Virus record (IMG/VR): IMGVR_UViG_3300027672_001612
Span: 45,776 to 109,775 of that record
DNA length: 64,000 nt
Reading direction: 5' to 3' (one strand)
Origin: a virus
Lineage: Duplodnaviria > Caudoviricetes
The notes beneath the pieces were generated by a model, which did no database searches, was not told the origin of the DNA, and was given only the letters and a program-made list of their open reading frames with translations. Positions 58,170 through 64,000 of this stretch are shown here, one piece after another (position 1 is the first letter of the stretch; each line of letters opens with the position of its first letter). The translations under genes were made by a program, and so were the position numbers.

Positions 58170-58343
58170 ATGGAAGCACATTTAAAAATGAAAGCGGCAT
58201 TCGAGACATACATCGAAGAAAGCGAGAAGTTCGAAGGTGGCAACAAAGCCGCAGGTACTAGAGCTAGAAAGGCATTGATGGATATCAAAAACCTTGCTGG
58301 TGATAGAAGAAAAGAAATCCAAGAAAGCAAAAACGCTGGATAA
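58170..58343 (+). CDS. Histone H1-like (Hc1-type) small protein (not in ORF track)
   Basis: AAGGAG RBS; KFEGGNKAAGTRARKAL...RKEIQ. Confidence 0.8.
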   Translation: MEAHLKMKAAFETYIEESEKFEGGNKAAGTRARKALMDIKNLAGDRRKEIQESKNAG

Positions 58344-58346
58344 ATT

Positions 58347-59552
58347 ATGATTTATATTGTTGAGCTAGAACCTGTTGAAACACGCTACACCGCTCAGTGG
58401 AAGACGTGGTTGCCTAGGCAAATGAAAGACTCAGGACTGGAAGTTAAAGTTATACAAGGGCCGAGTGATGCACCGCAGGATACAACTCCTGGGGCATTCT
58501 TAAACTTTAGCGGAACTAACTATTGGAAGAGCGAACAGTTAAAGACTATTAGTCAAATGTTTGCGGATGGTACAGTACAAGATGGAGATTACTTCCTCTA
58601 TACTGATGCTTGGAATCCAACTGTGTTACAACTAAAATATATGTCAGAGTTATTAGGTGTTAAAGTTAAAATTGGTGGCATGTGGCATGCAGGATCTTAT
58701 GACCCAGCGGACTTTTTAGGTAGACTAATTGGTGATGCGCCTTGGGTAAGGCTTGCGGAAGAAAGTATGTTCAATGTATTTGATCATAACTTCTTTGCTA
58801 CAGATTTCCATATCGACTTATTCATGCAGTCATTCCCGAATGTGGATACTAATAAGATTCACAGGGTGGGATGGCCCATGGAGTACTTGGAGCATTTACT
58901 TGCTGAGTACAATATACCTACAAGTAAAAACGATATAGTATTATTTCCACACAGGGTAGCACCTGAAAAGCAAGTGGAGATATTTAAAGATTTAGGCAAA
59001 GCATTTGAAGATGTAGACTTTATAGTTGCACAAGAACAAAACCTTAGTAAGGATGAGTATCATAGTTTACTCATGCGTAGTAAGATAGTGTTCAGTGCTA
59101 ACACACAAGAAACATTAGGTATCAGTTGCTTTGAAGGAGCATTGGTTGGTGCGACACCATTGGTCCCGGACAGATTAAGTTATACAGAAATGTATGACGA
59201 CAAGTTTAAGTACCCAAGCGAATGGACAGAGAGTTGGGATAGTTACTTAACGCACAAGGACAAGTTGATTGATAAGATTCGAGGCATGTTAGCATTTAAT
59301 TGGCTTATGTCAGACGATAACGAACAGTTAGCAGAACAGTTAAAAAACGACTTCTTCAGTGGTAAAGCATTGTATGAAGTAATTGGCGATAGTAAATCTA
59401 AGAGCCTTTCAAGAAGAGATCAAAAGTTAGAACTTGAGTACGCTGAAGTTAATCAATCTAAGGGTCTTTCAAGGAGAGAGCAAGTTTTACTAGACCCGCT
59501 TAGTGCGAGTTTAAGAAGTGATGGCGGTTTCGATCGCTCAGAAACGGAATAA
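58347..59552 (+). CDS. GT-B fold glycosyltransferase
   Basis: FPHRVAPEK, QETLGISCFEG, PLVPDRLSY.E (GT4-like ExxG motif). Confidence 0.8.
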   Translation: MIYIVELEPVETRYTAQWKTWLPRQMKDSGLEVKVIQGPSDAPQDTTPGAFLNFSGTNYWKSEQLKTISQMFADGTVQDGDYFLYTDAWNPTVLQLKYMSELLGVKVKIGGMWHAGSYDPADFLGRLIGDAPWVRLAEESMFNVFDHNFFATDFHIDLFMQSFPNVDTNKIHRVGWPMEYLEHLLAEYNIPTSKNDIVLFPHRVAPEKQVEIFKDLGKAFEDVDFIVAQEQNLSKDEYHSLLMRSKIVFSANTQETLGISCFEGALVGATPLVPDRLSYTEMYDDKFKYPSEWTESWDSYLTHKDKLIDKIRGMLAFNWLMSDDNEQLAEQLKNDFFSGKALYEVIGDSKSKSLSRRDQKLELEYAEVNQSKGLSRREQVLLDPLSASLRSDGGFDRSETE

Positions 59553-59565
59553 GAAGGAGATAGCA

Positions 59566-60552
59566 ATGAATAATGATGAGAAAGCAATTGTAGTAACAGG
59601 TGGCAGTGGATTTATAGGCAGTAATGTCTGCGAACTGCTAGTTGCTAGTGGATATAATGTATTTAATATTGATAGACGTAAACGTGATATACCAGGCGTA
59701 GTCCAGTATCCGTTCGAGATTAATACAAAACAAGTTAAAGGTGTAATAGATATTATTCAGCCTGAATGTGTTATCCATATTGCGGCAAACAACAGCGTAC
59801 CTAACAGTGTAATTAATCCTAAGGATACATATCACGACAACGTAGAGCAGACTATTAGTTTACTAAACGTATGTGTTGAAGCTGGCGTAAAGAACTTTAT
59901 GTTTGCATCAAGCAGTAGTGTATATGGACACAGCATTCATGAAGACGGGTCCTATAAAGAAACAGACCCAATGTTTCCAATCAATCCATATGGAAGAACA
60001 AAGCAGATATGTGAACAAATAATTAAAGACTACTGTGATGTTTATGATATGAACTACAGCATTCTAAGATTGTTTAACGTAGCTGGAAGTAATGCAGGCA
60101 AGAACGGATATCAAAAGACTCCGTATGTACATGTACTACCTATCATAGTAGAGAAGGCATTAACAAACGAAGTGTTTGATATATGTGGTGACGACTATGA
60201 CACACCAGATGGAACATGTTTAAGAGACTATACTCACATCAACGATATTGCTAGAGGTTTCCTTTTAGCACTACATCAAATGTTTGATAATGGTATTAAC
60301 AACACATACAACTTAGGTAACAGCACACCAGTTAGTGTACTAGAGCTAATTAAAGCAGTAGAAACTGAACTAGGCGAAGACATTAACACCAATTTAGTTG
60401 CTCCACGATCAGGCGACATGGTTAAGACTTATGCAGATGTAACATTTGCTAAGGACAACTTGGGTTGGGAGCCTACAAAAACAATCAACGATATCATTGT
60501 TGATGAACTGGCTTGGCAGAAGCCAAAGCTGAAACGTAAACATAATTTATAA
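59566..60552 (+). CDS. galE: UDP-glucose 4-epimerase-like
   Basis: TGGSGFIG, HIAA, SSSSVYG, PYGRTK, RLFNVAG, TPDGTCLRDY.H. Confidence 0.9.
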   Translation: MNNDEKAIVVTGGSGFIGSNVCELLVASGYNVFNIDRRKRDIPGVVQYPFEINTKQVKGVIDIIQPECVIHIAANNSVPNSVINPKDTYHDNVEQTISLLNVCVEAGVKNFMFASSSSVYGHSIHEDGSYKETDPMFPINPYGRTKQICEQIIKDYCDVYDMNYSILRLFNVAGSNAGKNGYQKTPYVHVLPIIVEKALTNEVFDICGDDYDTPDGTCLRDYTHINDIARGFLLALHQMFDNGINNTYNLGNSTPVSVLELIKAVETELGEDINTNLVAPRSGDMVKTYADVTFAKDNLGWEPTKTINDIIVDELAWQKPKLKRKHNL

Positions 60553-60561
60553 GGAACCATT

Positions 60562-60843
60562 ATGCAACCATTACACGATAAACTATTAGTGAAGCGTAAA
60601 ACTAGCATGACTAAAACGTCAGGCGGTATTATCTTAACTAGTGTTGCTAAAGACAAGCCAGCAGAAGGCGAAGTCATAGCAGTAGGTCCAGGAAAGAAAA
60701 GTAAGTTAGATATTGTTATCCCACTTGAATGTCAAGTCGGTGACTATATTATGTTTGGCCCAAACAACGGCGACAAGATTGAAATTGATGGAGAGGAGTT
60801 TATTATCCTATCCGAGTCTGATGTGTTTGGTATAGTTGAGTAA
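60562..60843 (+). CDS. groES: Co-chaperonin GroES
   Basis: PLHDKLLV, TSGGII, GEVIAVGPG, VGD, ESDV. Confidence 0.93.
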   Translation: MQPLHDKLLVKRKTSMTKTSGGIILTSVAKDKPAEGEVIAVGPGKKSKLDIVIPLECQVGDYIMFGPNNGDKIEIDGEEFIILSESDVFGIVE

Positions 60844-60844
60844 C

Positions 60845-61303
60845 ATGAAGTACTACCACACCTGGGAAGAATTTAACAGCAACGTTGCAACAATATGCCG
60901 GGCAATGGCAGTAGATAAGTATAAGCCCGATGTTATATTAGGACCTGGAAGAGGCGGTTACCCAATGGGAGTAATGCTCAGTCATTACTGGAATATACCG
61001 TTTGAAGGCTTCCAATTAAGTCTAAGAGATCATACAGTCGAGGATAATGGCGCACTTGAACAACTTTTGTCTAAATACAATGGTAAGAACATATTAATAT
61101 GCGATGACATTAACGATAGTGGATCAACACTCAATATAATTGATGAAAGTTGCGAAAAACTGTTGACAATGGCTCCCAGATACTGTACAATATATGATAA
61201 GTTGTCCAGTAATTTTGGTAAGAAAGTTGACTATACTGCAAAGGAAGTTACACCAGATGAAGAACAATGGATAGTATTCCCTTACGAGGAGTGGTGGAAA
61301 TGA
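60845..61303 (+). CDS. Type I phosphoribosyltransferase (xanthine/guanine PRT-like)
   Basis: RGG, ILICDDINDSGST PRPP loop, WIVFPYE. Confidence 0.88.
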   Translation: MKYYHTWEEFNSNVATICRAMAVDKYKPDVILGPGRGGYPMGVMLSHYWNIPFEGFQLSLRDHTVEDNGALEQLLSKYNGKNILICDDINDSGSTLNIIDESCEKLLTMAPRYCTIYDKLSSNFGKKVDYTAKEVTPDEEQWIVFPYEEWWK

Positions 61304-61404
61304 TTGAATTATTAGTATGGTTTGTTTTCACATTTGCATGGGCGGCATATGGTACGCATGTAATAAGAGAGTTTATAAAGCATAACTGGAACATATTAAA
61401 ATGA
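61300..61404 (+). CDS. 34-aa membrane peptide
   Basis: ATGA overlaps at both ends; MIELLVWFVFTFAWAAYG. Confidence 0.45.
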   Translation: MIELLVWFVFTFAWAAYGTHVIREFIKHNWNILK

Positions 61405-61607
61405 AAAGAACAGCAGAAATAGTAAATGACAATGGCTTTGTTGTACATTTATTTAAAGAATATTTATGTGAAATAGGAATGGAAAAGGACCTGTTTGGTA
61501 CAATAGATATTAGAGACAAAAGCATACACTATGCAAATGACATAGTAGAGAACTGGGCTAACGGCATATTAGGAGAGGATAATGAGTTCATTAGTAAGCC
61601 TTCGTAA
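61401..61607 (+). CDS. Hypothetical protein
   Basis: Short coupled ORF. Confidence 0.55.
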   Translation: MKRTAEIVNDNGFVVHLFKEYLCEIGMEKDLFGTIDIRDKSIHYANDIVENWANGILGEDNEFISKPS

Positions 61608-61800
61608 CCACTTAGTTACCCTAAAAACTAAACATAGGGTAATGGATAAACAAATATCCGATGATTACGACTTACATGTTGATGACTTTATTGTTCATGC
61701 AGAGAAGTTAGAAAAACTAGAACTTAAAAGAGAGATAGACACTCTAGAAGAAATGATTATATTATTATCCAAAGAAGAGGAACAACAAGAGAATGATTAG
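61582..61800 (+). CDS. DUF465-like coiled-coil protein
   Basis: L..KH..MD.QI ... KL.LK.EI. Confidence 0.55.
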   Translation: MSSLVSLRNHLVTLKTKHRVMDKQISDDYDLHVDDFIVHAEKLEKLELKREIDTLEEMIILLSKEEEQQEND

Positions 61801-62482
61801 TGATACAATAAAACAACGTATCTTACAAGCTGGCGGCAAGTTTTGGGCTGGTAGTAACATTAGTGAGTACATGGAAGAAGGCGACAAACAAGCACTTATC
61901 GAAGAGCTTACACCTAAGTTTGAATCAGTACTAGAGAGTCTAGTTATTGATATTGAAAACGATCCTAACAGTATGGAAACTGGTAGACGTCTTGCTAAAA
62001 TGTATATCAAAGAACTAATGGCAGGTAGGTACGAACCTATGCCTAATGCAACAGCGTTTCCTAATGTAACAGAAGATAGATACGAAGGCATGTTGGTTGT
62101 GCGTAGCGAACTTAAAAGTGTTTGCTCACATCATCACCAGCCAGTAACAGGCGTAGCATACATTGGTATCATTGCCGCTGACACACTAATTGGTCTAAGC
62201 AAGTACACAAGGATTGCACAATGGTGTGCAAGACGTGGAACGTTACAAGAAGAACTATGTAACGACATTGCTAGAGAGATTATGGAAGCCACTGGTAGTA
62301 ATGACGTAGGCGTTTATATACAAGCCACACACGGTTGTTGTGAGAATAGAGGCATTATGGCACATAGTAGTCTTACACAGACTACAGTACTTAAAGGTTC
62401 TTTCAAAGAAGAAGCAAAGGTACAACAAGAGTTTATGGATAATATTAAACTACAGCAGTCGTTTGCTAATGGTAGAGGTTAA
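61793..62482 (+). CDS. folE: GTP cyclohydrolase I
   Basis: ET..RLAKMY, SVCSHH, IGLSK..RI, LQE, ATHGC..RG. Confidence 0.95.
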   Translation: MISDTIKQRILQAGGKFWAGSNISEYMEEGDKQALIEELTPKFESVLESLVIDIENDPNSMETGRRLAKMYIKELMAGRYEPMPNATAFPNVTEDRYEGMLVVRSELKSVCSHHHQPVTGVAYIGIIAADTLIGLSKYTRIAQWCARRGTLQEELCNDIAREIMEATGSNDVGVYIQATHGCCENRGIMAHSSLTQTTVLKGSFKEEAKVQQEFMDNIKLQQSFANGRG

Positions 62483-62484
62483 GT

Positions 62485-63027
62485 ATGATAGAACGTAGGA
62501 AGAAAGGTTTTATAGTTTCAAAAGGACTCGTGCCTGTAAATGCTATATGCGAAAGTGTTGGCACAGGTAAGAGCGTAGCTGACGTATTAAAATTATATCC
62601 TACCCTTGCTATGGAAGATGTGTTTGAAGCATTAGAGTTTTATGCTCTTAATACTTCTATACCTACCAATCAAGCATTAGAACAGTTACTTACATTAGTT
62701 AATGTAGGTGGAGAAGAGATTGTATTAGAAGTAAGCAACATTAATCAAGTAGTGTTCATTAAACTTGTAGAGCTAGGCAGACGTTATTACAGACGTACTA
62801 GCAACTTTGCTACATGTATGAACAACGGACTAAGGATTAGTTGCCTAGAGATTCTAATGCACAAAGAAGCAGACTTAGATTTAGAAAACGATTTGTTTGA
62901 GTTAGTTGAGATTGCACTAACAGATAGTGTGCCAGCAATATTTGAACAGAACGAACAGACAAAAGAAGATTTAGATTACGACGAATATATAGTAACGAAG
63001 GAAAAACATGACTCTAAAATACAGTGA
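62485..63027 (+). CDS. DUF433-like HTH domain protein
   Basis: PV..I.....G.SV.DVL..YP.L..EDV.EAL.FY. Confidence 0.6.
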   Translation: MIERRKKGFIVSKGLVPVNAICESVGTGKSVADVLKLYPTLAMEDVFEALEFYALNTSIPTNQALEQLLTLVNVGGEEIVLEVSNINQVVFIKLVELGRRYYRRTSNFATCMNNGLRISCLEILMHKEADLDLENDLFELVEIALTDSVPAIFEQNEQTKEDLDYDEYIVTKEKHDSKIQ

Positions 63028-63928
63028 AACGTTTTACTCAGCCCAAGGCGAAGGCTCCTATGTAGGCATTCCTAGTTTATGGATGCGATTCTTCTTGTGT
63101 AATCTTCAGTGCAATGGCTTTGGACAAACAGATCCAACTGACCCTAGCACCTATGAGTTACCGTACGAAACAATTGATTTAACAAACATCGACAACGTGT
63201 TTGATTTGCCAGTTTTTGATAAGGGTTGTGACAGTAGTTACACTTGGAGCAAACGCTTCAAGCACCTTATTGCCGATAAGACGGTAGAGGAGGCTGTAGA
63301 CGAACTACAGGCTCACCTACCGCACGGTAACTTTATACATCCTGTAACACTAAACAGAACACACATGGTATTTACAGGAGGCGAGCCTATGATTAAGAAG
63401 TCGCAACCTGGTATGATTAGTGTGTTAGAAGAGTTTGCTAAACGTAAGATGAACAACACTCACGTTACAGTAGAAACAAATGGTACTAGAGCAGTAACAC
63501 CAGACTTAGAAGAGTTTATAGATAAAAGATTTTATGCTACAGACGAGTACGGTGGAATTATTCCAGACGCATTAGGTACGCCAGAGTGGTTCTGGAGTGT
63601 AAGTCCTAAGTTATGGAGTACTGCTGGAGAGAAACATAGTAAAGCAATATGCCCAGAGATAGTAGGCAAGTATGCAGAAGTTAGTAATCACGGACAACTA
63701 AAGTTCGTAGTAAATGGCTCTGAAGAGAGTTGGAGAGAAGTAGAAGAGAATACTAAATTATTTAGAGATGCAGGATGTAATTTTCCTGTGTGGATTATGG
63801 GCGTAGGTGGAACGTTCGAAGGTCTGATCCAAACAGAAGCCACCATAGCCGATGAAGCAATACAACGTGGCTATAACTATACAAGCAGAGTTCATGTACA
63901 CATATATGGAAATGCAATAGGAAAATAA
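63008..63928 (+). CDS. queE: 7-carboxy-7-deazaguanine synthase (radical SAM)
   Basis: SETFYSAQGEG, CNLQC...CDS with long insert, TGGEP, ETNG, SPK, LKFVV, RVH. Confidence 0.92.
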   Translation: MTLKYSETFYSAQGEGSYVGIPSLWMRFFLCNLQCNGFGQTDPTDPSTYELPYETIDLTNIDNVFDLPVFDKGCDSSYTWSKRFKHLIADKTVEEAVDELQAHLPHGNFIHPVTLNRTHMVFTGGEPMIKKSQPGMISVLEEFAKRKMNNTHVTVETNGTRAVTPDLEEFIDKRFYATDEYGGIIPDALGTPEWFWSVSPKLWSTAGEKHSKAICPEIVGKYAEVSNHGQLKFVVNGSEESWREVEENTKLFRDAGCNFPVWIMGVGGTFEGLIQTEATIADEAIQRGYNYTSRVHVHIYGNAIGK

Positions 63929-63929
63929 T

Positions 63930-64000
63930 ATGAATATTATTAAAAAGATTAAAGCAGAACGTCCTTGGTCAAGTACCAGTGAATACTTTACTTGGTTTCA
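63930..64000 (+). CDS. Partial ORF running off the window
   Basis: ATG right after the queE stop; open to the end. Confidence 0.4.
   Translation, partial: MNIIKKIKAERPWSSTSEYFTWF

Noticed and set aside
1-64000. CRISPR array, tRNA/tmRNA, rRNA, integrase/transposase, reverse transcriptase or DGR
   Set aside because: No repeat-spacer periodicity, cloverleaf/T-loop pattern or relevant protein motifs seen by eye; tRNAscan and cmscan would be needed to exclude them fully
1-64000. Stop-codon reassignment as in some jumbo phages
   Set aside because: Conserved genes (polB, clpA, folE, queE) are full length in the standard code, and TAA, TAG and TGA all end genes

Overview
AT-rich, densely coding 64 kb segment of a large (jumbo-type, T4-related) dsDNA tailed phage, probably aquatic, with a Gram-negative host (spanin pair, outer-membrane beta-barrel). 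Contents: replication genes (family B DNA polymerase, sliding clamp, clamp loader, a stand-alone DnaE fragment); six large Thr/Gly/Ser-rich virion fibre-like proteins that share end modules; a proteostasis/Fe-S set (SufE, ClpP, IscA, ClpA, DnaJ, two GroES, ACP, PhoH); a MoxR-type AAA plus metallopeptidase-vWA pair; and many tailoring enzymes. Best candidates for undescribed biology: (1) a ~12 kb 7-deazaguanine DNA-modification locus directly behind polB-clamp (DpdA, DpdL-type T-fold protein, FolE, QueE) interleaved with a glycosyltransferase, GalE, two dehydrogenases and a PRTase, suggesting a sugar-decorated base; (2) a translational-control layer made of a structured RNA at 36016-36125 carrying two anti-Shine-Dalgarno TCCTACAAC motifs complementary to four RBSs in the window, plus at least seven apparently leaderless genes; (3) an HppD-fold protein that has lost all three iron ligands, in the sufE-clpP-iscA cluster; (4) structured RNA leaders at 1798-1976 and upstream of phoH. 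No tRNA, rRNA, CRISPR array, integrase or intein was seen. All calls come from motif recognition by eye; no database searches were run.
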